Counted from the first letter of the stretch, positions 27,241 through 40,627 are shown. The stretch: 64,000 nt of DNA from Ranitomeya imitator (GCF_032444005.1 NC_091291.1:6758001-6822000); one strand, 5' to 3'. Made by a program: numbers and translations. The notes: a model not told the origin generated them from the sequence alone.

Positions 27241-30200
27241 GTGGGGGGAAGAAGGCCATGCCCCGCATTATCGGGGGGTACTCGGTGTCGCCGTACTCCA
27301 CGCGGTACTTGGTGTCTCTGAGGAGGAATACTGGGCTCCACTTCTGCGGGGGGTCGCTGGTCAGCAGGTTCTGGGTCCTCACCGCCGCCCACTGCAAGAT
27401 CGAGTAAGTAAAGCCGGGAGACAATATGGCTGCAGGTGGCGGGCGGGCGAGGTGATCTGAACTCGGTCTATAAAGCAGTGAATGCTGCCATTATACTCCA
27501 GTCACCTCCAAAGCTGCAACTACAAATCCTGTCCCTCATCTCTCTGCTGCCCCCAGCTGGTGGCTGTAAAGCATAGTGACATTTCTGCTGAGCCCAAGCG
27601 CTGGTCTGTAAATGCAGCTCTGGATGTGACTAGAGGCCAGAACCTGTACAGGGTTCCTGATGTGACGTTAGACAGGTCCTACGTGTCCATATAAACCGCG
27701 GTGATCATTCATCGTGTCCAAAGACAGAACCAGATGGTGCTCGTCGCCGGGGAATATTCCTTGTCCATCTTCGAAGGGACGGAGCAGATTTTCCGACCCG
27801 TGAGGCTCGTGTGTCACCCCGACTACAGCTCGTCCTCCAAGAACGCCGACATCATGCTGATCAAGGTGAGCAAAGGGGGTGACACTGCGGATGATGGGGT
27901 CACACTGCGACCCACAAACACAGGACCAGGGACACACCCACGCAGAGCAGGGACACGCCCACACAGAGCAGGGACACACCCATGCAGAGCAGGGACACAC
28001 CCACGCAGAGCACAGACATGCATAATAATCGCGGCAGACAGCGGATAGCCACACCCACGCAGAGCAGGGACACGCCCACGCAGAGTACAGACATTCAAAG
28101 TATAGCCGAACACAGCGGATAGCCACACCCATGCAGGGCACGGACATACCCACGCAGAGCATGGACACGCCCACGCAGAGCATGGACACGCCCACACAGA
28201 GCATGGACATGCACAGTATAGCCGCACACATCGGATAGCCACACCCATGCAGAGCAGGGACACCCACGCAGAGCACAGGCATGCACAATATAGCTGCACA
28301 CAGTGGATAGCCACACCCACACAGGGCACGGACACACCCACGCAGACATGCACAGTATAGCCGCACACAGACTGGACGCTCTGCAGTGCTAGTTCTGCAC
28401 AGAAGTGGTCAGTAAAGCTCAGATGAGACTTGTGGCTTCTCATGGACTCTGGTTCTGTATTAACATTGGGGAGGTTTCTGCACCAAATACACAACATGTG
28501 AACTTACCCCAAGTATAAATCCCCACACTGCAGATTTTGTTGCAGAACTTTCTGTAACGCCACCGCCATTTGTTTTCACAGCTGAATCGTGCGGCGGTGT
28601 ATAACTCCTTTGTGTCCATAGTGCCTCTTCCAGCACAGGGGGTCTCGCCCAGTGAGGGTCGCCTGTGTCAGGTGTCCGGCTGGGGTTACACCAGTGCAGT
28701 CAGCGGCAAAGCCTCCGACACTCTGCGCAGCGTCAAGCTGCCCATCTTCCCGATGCGACTGTGTAACAGCTCCGCCTCGTACTCCGGACACATCACCAGG
28801 AACATGATCTGTGCCGGCTACAACAACGGGGGCAAAGACTCCTGCCAGGTAACCGCCATCCCCCGCTCTGCCTGCAGGGGGCAGGAGAGCCAATCAGCTC
28901 TATATGGGAGAAAATAGAAACATGCTACAGTACCCAAATAATATCACCATATAGTGCTAATGTCAGAAGTAGCCGTAATACCGCCATACCATGCCCAAAT
29001 AATATCACCATATAGTGCTAATGTCAGAAGTAGCCGTAATACCGCCATACCATGCCCAAATAATATCACCATATAGTGCTAATGTCAGAAGTAGCCGTAA
29101 TACCGCCATACCATGGCCAAATAATATCACCATATAGTGCTAGATGTCAGAAGTAGCCGTAATACCGCCATACCATGCCCAAATAATATCACCATATAGT
29201 GCTAGATGTCAGAACCAGCCGTCATACTGCCAAGCCAAAGTAATATCGCCATATAGTGCAAGATGTCAGAACTAGTCGTAATACCGCCATACCATGCCCA
29301 AATAATATCACCATATAGTGCTAATGTCAGAAGTAGCCGTAATACCGCCATACCATGGCCAAATAATATCACCATATAGTGCTAGATGTCAGAAGTAGCC
29401 GTAATACCGCCATACCATGCCCAAATAATATCACCATATAGTGCTAGATGTCAGAACCAGCCGTCATACTGCCAAGCCAAAGTAATATCGCCATATAGTG
29501 CAAGATGTCAGAACTAGTCGTAATACCGCCATACCATGCCCAAATAATAATCACCATATAGTGCTAGATGTCAGAAGTAGCCGTAATACCACCATACCGT
29601 GTGCAAGTAATATCACCATATAGTGCTAATGTCAGAACTAGCCGTAATACCACCATACCATGCCAAAGTAATATCGAGAAAAAGTGCAAGATGTCAGCAC
29701 CAGCCATAATACCGCCATACCATGCCAAAGTAATATCGCCATATAGTGCTAGATGTCAGAACCAGCCGTAATACCGCCATACAGTACCCAAGTAATATCG
29801 CCATAAAGTGCTAGATGTCAGGATCAGCCATAATACCGCCATACCGTGCCCAAGTAATATCGACATATAGTGCTAGATGTCAGCATGAGCCGTAATACTG
29901 CCATACCATGCCCAAGTAATTTCACCATATAGTGCTAGATGTCAGCACCAGCCAGTTCACATAAAATGCTACCATCTAGTGGTAAACGGTCATACAGTGC
30001 ATGAATTATACTGCCATCTAGTCCCCACATAATACTGAGGCACAGCTCCCATATAACAGTGCTGTCCAGTACTTCTGGTTACATTTGTTTCACCCCTCAC
30101 TATGTGTACACATACTGCGGACACTTTGGGTAACTTCTCCCCTTCTTCCTTACAGGGCGACTCCGGAGGGCCCCTGGTCTGTGACGGGCGAGTGTTCGGC

Positions 30201-30299
30201 ATTGTATCCTGGGGTCACAGCTGTGCGAACCCCAAGTATCCCGGGGTGTACACGGCCGTGGCCAAGTTCCAGAAGTGGATTTACAGGACAATATTTTAA
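27241..30299 (+). CDS. Trypsin-like S1A serine protease, 5' exon(s) missing; coding exons 27241-27403, 27724-27865, 28582-28848, 30156-30299
   Basis: GT-AG spliced exons join in frame (phases 1/2/0/0). Motifs: activation site MPR|IIGG (Ile at 27267), FCGGSL, TAAHC (His57), NADIML (Asp102), KDSCQ|GDSGGP (Asp189, Ser195), SWG, YPGVY, stop TAA at 30297-30299. About 229-aa mature enzyme. The 27724 acceptor is a weaker AAG. Confidence 0.93.
27929..28365. repeat. Degenerate composite minisatellite in a protease intron (21-bp GGGACACACCCACGCAGAGCA units plus GGATAGCCACACCC modules)
   Basis: 21-bp period visible from 27929 to about 28013, then interleaved variant modules. Confidence 0.85.
28928..29952. 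repeat. 61/62-bp minisatellite (~17 units) in the last protease intron
   Basis: ATATCACCATATAGTGCTA(G)ATGTCAGAAGTAGCCGTAATACCGCCATACCATGCCCAAATA starts at 28941, 29002, 29063; divergence increases rightwards. Confidence 0.95.
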
Positions 30300-30780
30300 A
30301 GGAATTCAATATAATTAATATGTTGTGACTAATGAGCTCGGGATGCTACAGCCCAAGGAAGAGGGGGAAAGTGGGGTTCATGGACACGGTGACCTCTGAC
30401 CCGCCCATCACAGAATAATGGTGCTCGGCCAGCACACGGGTGACACATGGGAACATTCCAGCTTCGCCAGGAATATAACCATTGGGGCAATTTCTTCTTG
30501 GTGCAGGGGAACAAAGAAAAGAAGAATTCTGGGTTCACAGGTTCGGCCTGTCTGTACCCCAATATTAATTACAGTCTGGGCATACGGCACCAGCATTCTG
30601 CCTCTTTTGCACCTTTACTATCTTGTCTCATAATTTGTGTGTTTCTTTGGGAGGGAAATCTGCAAATCTGTGCGGAATGAAGCGGCAGTCTGCTGTACAG
30701 CAGTTATAAACACTTCTGTACCTGTGTCCATAACTTCTCAGCAATGTTACATAAATGACAGATTCACGGTGTACGTCAGG

Positions 30781-31370
30781 CCTTGTGGGATGTCCCCGGT
30801 GTACGGCGGGCCTCGTGGGATGTCCCCGGTGTACGGCGGGCCTCGTGGGATGTCCCCGGTGTACGACGGGCCTCGTGGGATGTCCCCGGTGTACGACGGG
30901 CCTCGTGGGATGTCCCCGGTGTACGACGGGCCTCGTGGGATGTCCCCGGTGTACGACGGGCCTCGTGGGATGTCCCCGGTGTACGACGGGCCTCGTGGGA
31001 TGTCCCCGGTGTACGACGGGCCTCGTGGGATGTCCCCGGTGTACGACGGGCCTCGTGGGATGTCCCCGGTGTACGACGGGCCTCGTGGGATGTCCCCGAT
31101 GTATGACGGGCCTCGTGGGATGTCCGTGGTGTACGACGGGCCTCGTGGGATGTCCGTGGTGTACGACAGGCCTCGTGGGATGTCCCCGGTGTACGACGGG
31201 CCTCGTGGGATGTCCCCGGTGTACGACGGGCCTCGTGGGATGTCCCCGGTGTACGACGGGCCTCGTGGGATGTCCCCGGTGTACGACGGGCCTCGTGGGA
31301 TGTCCCCGGTGTACGACGGGCCTCGTGGGATGTCCGTGGTGTACGACGGGCCTCGTGGGATGTCCCCGGT
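30781..31370 (+). repeat. 30-bp CpG-rich minisatellite (~20 units)
   Basis: CCTCGTGGGATGTCCCCGGTGTACGACGGG with exact 30-bp period; degenerate units continue to about 31450. Confidence 0.98.
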
Positions 31371-31979
31371 ATAAGGTAGGTATTGTGGGGTGTCCCCGGC
31401 ATACGAGCGGTCTCGTGTGGAGCTCCCAGTATGTGGCAGGTCTTATGGAGGAGGGGGGGCCTTGTATACACCAAATGCATCAATGTTTAGACTCCTCTTG
31501 GGCTACTGGTGGTCACCCAGCTTTTCCAGGAACAGAAAAAAAACTTTTTTTGTTAAAATAAAGTGGGACAGGGCACCGACTATACGGAACAACAGACGTC
31601 TCCAGCTAATGGCGGCCATGACACAGTGACCTGCCAGCACCGGCCCGGAGGAAGGAGCCCTTATTACATATATTGATTTTCCTCCTAGGCAGGTGGGGGA
31701 GGGGATTATTAGGACGTGGGGGTCTCTGCCCTCCATATATCGATCAGCGGCTTCTACATTTTCCTTTTCTACAGAGACTATAGAAATTGTAACTTGTCGT
31801 CATAGCAACACTGGTGACTTCAGGCGGATTAGGAATTCACTGAGTTTCTTAAGCAACAATGTATCCAAGAGGGTCATCACTTCCTACAAGGTTCTGGGAG
31901 CAAATATGGCAATTAATCTCTTTCCAAGTTTCAAGGCTCCTTTATGAGTAAGACATTGAGATAGGATAAATGCAGACGG

Positions 31980-34900
31980 CAGAGATACATGATAAGATCC
32001 TGTCTGCAGCCACCACTAGGGGGAGCTCCCTGTATACAGAGATACATGATAAGATCCTGTCTGCAGTCACCACTAGGGGGAGCTCCCTGTATAGAGAGAT
32101 ACATGATAAGATCCTGTCTGCAGCCACCACTAGGGGGAGCTCCCTGTATACAGAGATACATGATAAGATCCTGTCTGCAGCCACCACTAGGGGGAGCTCC
32201 CTGTATACAGAGATACATGATAAGATCCTGTCTGCAGTCACCACTAGGGGGAGCTCCCTGTATAGAGAGATACATGATAAGATCCTGTCTGCAGCCACCA
32301 CTAGGGGGAGCTCCCTGTATACAGAGACATATGATAAGATCCTGTCTGCAGCCACCACTAGGGGGAGTTCACTGTATACAGAGATACATGATAAGATCCT
32401 GTCTGCAGCCACCACTAGGGGGAGCTCCCTGTATAGAGAGATACATGATAAGATCCTGTCTGCAGCCACCACTAGGGGGAGCTCCCTGTATACAGAGACA
32501 TATGATAAGATCCTGTCTGCAGCCACCACTAGGGGGAGCTCCCTGTATACAGAGATACATGATAAGATCCTGTCTGCAGCCACCACTAGGGGGAGCTCCC
32601 TGTATACAGAGACATATGATAAGATCCTGTCTGCAGCCACCACTAGGGGGAGCTCCCTGTATACAGAGACATATGATAAGATCCTGTCTGCAGCCACCAC
32701 TAGGGGGAGCTCCCTGTATACAGAGATACATGATAAGATCCTGTCTGCAGCCACCACTAGGGGGAGCTCCATGTATACAGAGACATATGATAAGATCCTG
32801 TCTGCAGCCACCACTAGGGGGAGCTCCCTGTATACAGAGATACATGATAAGATCCTGTCTGCAGCCACCACTAGGGGGAGCTCCCTGTATAGAGAGATAC
32901 ATGATAAGATCCTGTCTGCAGCCACCAATAGGGGGAGCTCCCTGTATACAGAGATACGTGATAAGATCCTGTCTGCAGCCACCACTAGGGGGAGCTCCCT
33001 GTATACAGAGATACGTGATAAGATCCTGTCTGCAGCCACCAATAGGGGGAGCTCCCTGTACACAGAGATACGTGATAAGATCCTGTCTGCAGCCACCACT
33101 AGGGGGAGCTCCCTGTATACAGAGATACATGATAAGATCCTGTCTGCAGCCACCACTAGGGGGAGCTCCCTGTACACAGAGATACGTGATAAGATCCTGT
33201 CTGCAGCCACCACTAGGGGGAGCTCCCTGTATACAGAGATACGTGATAAGATCCTGTCTGCAGCCACCAATAGGGGGAGCTCCCTGTACACAGAGATACA
33301 TGATAAGATCCTGTTTGCAGCCACCAATAGGGGAAGCTCCCTGTACACAGAGATACATGATAAGATCCTGTCTGCAGTCACCACTAGGGGGAGCTCCCTG
33401 TATACAGAGATACATGATAAGATCCTGTCTGCAGCCACCAATAGGGGAAGCTCCCTGTATACAGAGATACATGATAAGATCCTGTCTGCAGTCACCACTA
33501 GGGGGAGCTCCCTGTATACAGAGATACATGATAAGATCCTGTCTGCAGCCACCAATAGGGGGAGCTCCCTGTACACAGAGATACGTGATAAGATCCTGTC
33601 TGCAGTCACCACTAGGCGGAGCTCCCTGTATACAGAGATACATGATAAGATCCTGTCTGCAGCCACCACTAGGGGAAGCTCCCTGTATACAGAGATACAT
33701 GATAAGATCCTGTCTGCAGCCACCACTAGGGGAAGCTCCCTGTATACAGAGATACATGATAAGATCCTGTCTGCAGTCACCACTAGGGGGAGCTCCCTGT
33801 ATACAGAGATACATGATAAGATCCTGTCTGCAGTCACCACTAGGGGGAGCTCCCTGTATACAGAGATACATGATAAGATCCTGTCTGCAGCCACCACTAG
33901 GGGAAGCTCCCTGTATACAGAGATACATGATAAGATCCTGTCTGCAGCCACCACTAGGGGGAGCTCCCTGTATACAGAGATACATGATAAGATCCTGTCT
34001 GCAGCCACCACTAGGGGGAGCTCCCTGTATAGAGAGATACATGATAAGATCCTGTCTGCAGTCACCACTAGGGGAAGCTCCCTGTATACAGAGACATATG
34101 ATAAGATCCTGTCTGCAGCCACCACTAGGGGGAGCTCCCTGTATACAGAGACATATGATAAGATCCTGTCTGCAGCCACCACTAGGGGGAGCTCCCTGTA
34201 TACAGAGATACATGATAAGATCCTGTCTGCAGCCACCACTAGGGGGAGCTCCCTGTATACAGAGACATATGATAAGATTCTGTCTGCAGCCACCACTAGG
34301 GGGAGCTCCCTGTATACAGAGACATATGATAAGATCCTGTCTGCAGCCACCACTAGGGGGAGTTCACTGTATACAGAGATACATGATAAGATCCTGTCTG
34401 CAGCCACCACTAGGGGGAGCTCCCTGTATAGAGAGATACATGATAAGATCCTGTCTGCAGCCACCACTAGGGGGAGCTCCCTGTATACAGAGACATATGA
34501 TAAGATCCTGTCTGCAGCCACCACTAGGGGGAGCTCCCTGTATACAGAGATACATGATAAGATCCTGTCTGCAGCCACCACTAGGGGGAGCTCCCTGTAT
34601 ACAGAGACATATGATAAGATCCTGTCTGCAGCCACCACTAGGGGGAGCTCCCTGTATACAGAGACATATGATAAGATCCTGTCTGCAGCCACCACTAGGG
34701 GGAGTTCACTGTATACAGAGATACATGATAAGATCCTGTCTGCAGCCACCACTAGGGGGAGCTCCCTGTATAGAGAGATACATGATAAGATCCTGTCTGC
34801 AGCCACCACTAGGGGGAGCTCCCTGTATACAGAGACATATGATAAGATCCTGTCTGCAGCCACCACTAGGGGGAGCTCCCTGTATACAGAGATACATGAT

Positions 34901-37900
34901 AAGATCCTGTCTGCAGCCACCACTAGGGGGAGCTCCCTGTATACAGAGACATATGATAAGATCCTGTCTGCAGCCACCACTAGGGGGAGCTCCCTGTATA
35001 CAGAGACATATGATAAGATCCTGTCTGCAGCCACCACTAGGGGGAGCTCCCTGTATACAGAGATACATGATAAGATCCTGTCTGCAGCCACCACTAGGGG
35101 GAGCTCCCTGTATACAGAGACATATGATAAGATCCTGTCTGCAGCCACCACTAGGGGGAGCTCCCTGTATACAGAGATACATGATAAGATCCTGTCTGCA
35201 GCCACCACTAGGGGGAGCTCCCTGTATAGAGAGATACATGATAAGATCCTGTCTGCAGCCACCAATAGGGGGAGCTCCCTGTATACAGAGATACGTGATA
35301 AGATCCTGTCTGCAGCCACCACTAGGGGGAGCTCCCTGTATACAGAGATACGTGATAAGATCCTGTCTGCAGCCACCAATAGGGGGAGCTCCCTGTACAC
35401 AGAGATACGTGATAAGATCCTGTCTGCAGCCACCACTAGGGGGAGCTCCCTGTACACAGAGATACGTGATAAGATCCTGTCTGCAGCCACCACTAGGGGG
35501 AGCTCCCTGTATACAGAGATACGTGATAAGATCCTGTCTGCAGCCACCAATAGGGGGAGCTCCCTGTACACAGAGATACATGATAAGATCCTGTTTGCAG
35601 CCACCAATAGGGGAAGCTCCCTGTACACAGAGATACATGATAAGATCCTGTCTGCAGTCACCACTAGGGGGAGCTCCCTGTATACAGAGATACATGATAA
35701 GATCCTGTCTGCAGCCACCAATAGGGGAAGCTCCCTGTATACAGAGATACATGATAAGATCCTGTCTGCAGTCACCACTAGGGGGAGCTCCCTGTATACA
35801 GAGATACATGATAAGATCCTGTCTGCAGCCACCAATAGGGGAAGCTCCCTGTATACAGAGATACATGATAAGATCCTGTCTGCAGTCACCACTAGGGGGA
35901 GCTCCCTGTATACAGAGATACATGATAAGATCCTGTCTGCAGTCACCACTAGGGGGAGCTCCCTGTATACAGAGATACATGATAAGATCCTGTCTGCAGC
36001 CACCACTAGGGGAAGCTCCCTGTATACAGAGATACATGATAAGATCCTGTCTGCAGCCACCACTAGGGGAAGCTCCCTGTATACAGAGATACATGATAAG
36101 ATCCTGTCTGCAGCCACCACTAGGGGGAGCTCCCTGTATACAGAGATACATGATAAGATCCTGTCTGCAGCCACCAATAGGGGGAGCTCCCTGTACACAG
36201 AGATACATGATAAGATCCTGTCTGCAGCCACCAATAGGGGGAGCTCCCTGTACACAGAGATACATGATAAGATCCTGTCTGCAGTCACCACTAGGGGGAG
36301 CTCCCTGTATACAGAGATACATGATAAGATCCTGTCTGCAGTCACCACTAGGGGGAGCTCCCTGTATACAGAGATACATGATAAGATCCTGTCTGCAGCC
36401 ACCACTAGGGGGAGCTCCCTGTATACAGAGATACATGATAAGATTCTGTCTGCAGTCACCACTAGGGGGAGCTCCCTGTATTCAGAGATACATGATAAGA
36501 TCCTGTCTGCAGCCACCACTAGGGGGAGCTCCCTGTATAGAGAGATACAGGATAAGATCCTGTCTGCAGCCACCAATAGGGGGAGCTCCCTGTATAGAGA
36601 GATACATGATAAGATCCTGTCTGCAGCCACCACTAGGGGGAGCTCCCTGTATACAGAGATACATGATAAGATCCTGTCTGCAGCCACCACTAGGGGGAGC
36701 TCCCTGTATACAGAGATACATAAGATCCTGTCTGCAGCCACCACTAGGGGGAGCTCCCTGTATACAGAGATACATGATAAGATCCTGTCTGCAGCCACCA
36801 CTAGGGGGAGCTCCCTGTATACAGAGATACATGATAAGATCCTGTCTGCAGCCACCACTAGGGGGAGCTCCCTGTATACAGAGATACATGATAAGATCCT
36901 GTCTGCAGACACCACTAGGGGGAGCTCCCTGTATACAGAGATACATGATAAGATCCTGTCTGCAGCCACCACTAGGGGGAGCTCCCTGTATACAGAGATA
37001 CATGATAAGATCCTGTCTGCAGCCACCACTAGGGGGAGCTCCCTGTATACAGAGATACATGATAAGATCCTGTCTGCAGACACCACTAGGGGGAGCTCCC
37101 TGTATACAGAGATACATGATAAGATCCTATCTGCAGCCACCACTAGGGGGAGCTCCCTGTATACAGAGATACATGATAAGATCCTGTCTGCAGCCACCAC
37201 TAGGGGGAGCTCCCTGTATACAGAGATACATGATAAGATCCTGTCTGCAGCCACCACTAGGGGGAGCTCCCTGTATACAGAGATACATGATAAGATCCTG
37301 TCTGCAGACACCACTAGGGGGAGCTCCCTGTATACAGAGATACATAAGATCCTGTCTGCAGCCTCCACTAGGGGGAGCTCCCTGTATACAGAGATACATG
37401 ATAAGATCCGGTCTGCAGCCACCACTAGGGGGAGCTCCCTGTATACAGAGATACATAAGATCCTGTCTGCAGCCACCACTAGGGGGAGCTCCCTGTATGC
37501 AGAGATACATGATAAGATCCTGTCTGCAGCCACCACTAGGGGGAGCTCCCTGTATACAGAGATACATGATAAGATCCGGTCTGCAGCCACCACTAGGGGG
37601 AGCTCCCTGTATACAGAGATACATAAGATCCTGTCTGCAGCCACCACTAGGGGGAGCTCCCTGTATACAGAGATACATGATAAGATCCGGTCTGCAGCCA
37701 CCACTAGGGGGAGCTCCCTGTATACAGAGATACATAAGATCCTGTCTGCAGCCACCACTAGGGGGAGCTCCCTGTATGCAGAGATACATGATAAGATTCT
37801 GTCTGCAGCCACCACTAGGGGGAGCTCCCTGTATACAGAGATACATGATAAGATCCTGTCTGCAGACACCACTAGGGGGAGCTCCCTGTATACAGAGATA

Positions 37901-39016
37901 CATGATAAGATCCGGTCTGCAGCCACCACTAGGGGGAGCTCCCTGTATACAGAGATACATAAGATCCTGTCTGCAGCCACCACTAGGGGGAGCTCCCTGT
38001 ATGCAGAGATACATGATAAGATCCTGTCTGCAGCCACCACTAGGGGGAGCTCCCTGTATGCAGAGATACATGATAAGATCCTGTCTGCAGCCACCACTAG
38101 GGGGAGCTCCCTGTATACAGAGATACATGATAAGATCCTGTCTGCAGTCACCACTAGGGGGAGCTCCCTGTATACAGAGATACATGATAAGTTCCTGTCT
38201 GCAGTCACCACTAGGGGGAGCTCCCTATATATAGAGATACATGATCAGATCCTGTCTGCAGTCACCACTAGTGGGAGCTCCCTGTATTCAGAGATACAGG
38301 ATAAGATCCTGTCTGCAGCCACCACTAGGGGGAGCTCCCTATATATAGAGATACATGATCAGATCCTGTCTGCAGCCACCACTAGGGGGAGCTCCCTGTA
38401 TACAGAGATATATGATAAGATCCTGTCTGCAGCCACCACTAGGGGGAGCTCCCTGTATACAGAGATATATGATAAGATCCTGTCTGCAGCCACCACTAGG
38501 GGGAGCTCCCTGTATACAGAGATACATGATAAGATCCTGTCTGCAGCCACCACTAGGGGGAGCTCCCTGTATATAGAGATACATGATAAGATCCTGTCTG
38601 CAGTCACCACTAGGGGGAGCTCCCTGTATACAGAGATACATGATAAGATCCTGTCTGCAGCCACCACTAGGGGGAGCTCCCTGTATACAGAGATATATGA
38701 TAAGATCCTGTCTGCAGTCACCACTAGGGGGAGCTCCCTGTACACAGAGATACATGATAAGATCCTGTCTGCAGTCACCACTAGGGGGAGCTCCCTGTAT
38801 ACAGAGATACATGATAAGATCCTGTCTGCAGTCACCACTAGAGGGAGATCCCTGTATACAGAGATACATGATAAGATCCTGTCTGCAGCCACCACTAGGG
38901 GGAGGTCCCTGTATACAGAGATACATGATAAGATCCTGTCTGCAGCCACCACTAGGGGGAGCTCCCTGTATACAGAGATACATGATAAGATCCTGTCTGC
39001 AGCCACCACTAGGGGG
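31980..39016 (+). repeat. 57-bp satellite (~124 units), nearly every unit carrying a CTCF-like core CCACTAGGGGGAGCT
   Basis: Unit AGAGATACATGATAAGATCCTGTCTGCAGCCACCACTAGGGGGAGCTCCCTGTATAC; a few 54-bp units at 36.7-38.0 kb. Confidence 0.99.
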
Positions 39017-39536
39017 TGTCATTTATCAGGGGTTCAGGTCTACGATGTGGCCCTAAATGCAAATGTTCAATATGGTGGCCTCATTTTCAAGATCTATTAT
39101 TGCTTAGATTGATGGGCTCTTTGTTGCAATGTTAAACACACAAGACAGAATTCATTTTATTCATGTTGTCACTATTTAAAGGCCTCTGCATCCTGTTAAT
39201 AAATGGAAAGCAGCGCAAGTCTCTGGATAGGAGTTTGCTGCATTCAGTGACAGCAAGCAGAGATCCATGAAAAAAAAAAAAAAACGGAGGCTTCCTATAT
39301 CTACATACTGTGTGAATGGGAATCTGGAGTCTGGTGTCGCACTGGAGCCCGGGGTCACGCAGATAAACCGCCTTTGTATACATTGTGTGCACACACAACA
39401 TCGTGATGTCAGCACAATCAGCGCAGGGTTAATAACAATCGCTTACAGTCACACGGAAGGAAAATTTCTACTGCAAAATCCACACCAGCAACTCAAAAGG
39501 ACTAAGTAGAAGAAAAATTCCCAGAAAAAAAAAATC

Positions 39537-39538
<2 letters not shown>

Positions 39539-39585
<47 letters not shown>

Positions 39586-39600
39586 AAATATATATATTAA
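39539..39600. repeat. (TA)n microsatellite
   Basis: Run of TATATA with a degenerate 3' end. Confidence 0.95.
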
Positions 39601-40193
39601 ACTAATAATAAGAAACATAAAATAAATCTCAGATGCAACCTTTGCTGGCTGACAACCACTATTGCTGCTATTATTGCTCTCGCTCAGGTTGTCACTGTGA
39701 AAATCAAGGCCACAACCAACATGGCTGCAACTAGAACTCCCAGCAGTGGATGTCACCCAGCTTTCCCAAACTCTGATCAACCGTAATGGAGTCGAGTGGA
39801 TTCTGCGCATCCAACGCAAACGAGCGGCATTTACACAACGCATTGGAAACTGTACAAAAAAAAAATTGTGGATTCATCTCTTCCCCATCCTTGGTACTAA
39901 AAATGGGGCTTATAATTGTGCAGATGAGCAGCAGCGATGTGAAAGTCAGGGCAGAATGTGAGCAGTAAAGGCAGCCATATTGGTCGTCACCCAGCTTTCC
40001 GAGGCGCAGATCAAAACAGAAGTTCATCATTTCTATCTACAATTTGCAGAACAGAATGAAGCCGTCATCACATCCCCAGCAGCGGGCACAGCACAGCCTG
40101 AAATGGCTGATAACAGGAAACAATCGACAAACTTATTCACAACTATACCGTCCCTTTAATTTACAGACTAGAGACAATTGCTGGGACGTGCGG

Positions 40194-40199
40194 TTTATT
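40194..40199 (-). terminator. Candidate FAM43B polyadenylation signal (AATAAA on - strand; a second at 40546-40551)
   Basis: TTTATT on + strand downstream of the FAM43B stop; usage not demonstrated. Confidence 0.4.
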
Positions 40200-40627
40200 G
40201 GCACAGGTTATAAGCCGATATTCTCCATAGTTAACACTTCCTGGAAACCACTGATTGCACCAAGGCAATTGTTTTTGTGAACAGCCTCAGCTGCTCCTGA
40301 ACCTCTTGAGATGACCAGCCCTCTGAACATATGCATTAGAAATTACACTGAATGTTACGTCTGTGTATGGGGACCACCGGCCGGGAAGGTCAGAACAATG
40401 CAGCCTTCACAAGTGACTCGCAGTTATCAGCCCTCACCATCTACAGGCCACCAAGCCCAGTGCGTGGCCACCACCAGGGAGGGAGCGGGTGGCATCGAGC
40501 CACTTTGCCCCAGACAGGGTAATTAGGTACAAGGCAGCCAGCTGATTTATTTGTCCCGGGGACCGAGCCTGGGTGTCCCTGTGCTACGCGGGGGTCTGGA
40601 TGAGACCAGGACCTGGAGGGAAGGGGC

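Noticed and set aside
30637-31561. ORFs over the 30-bp array (also 47049-48978)
   Set aside because: A 10-codon repeat open in multiple frames, with no splice or homology support.
31931-39112. ORFs of 2089, 2380 and 2081 aa across the 57-bp array
   Set aside because: The unit is 19 codons and stop-free in several frames on both strands. Overlapping repetitive ORFs with no domain are an expected artefact.
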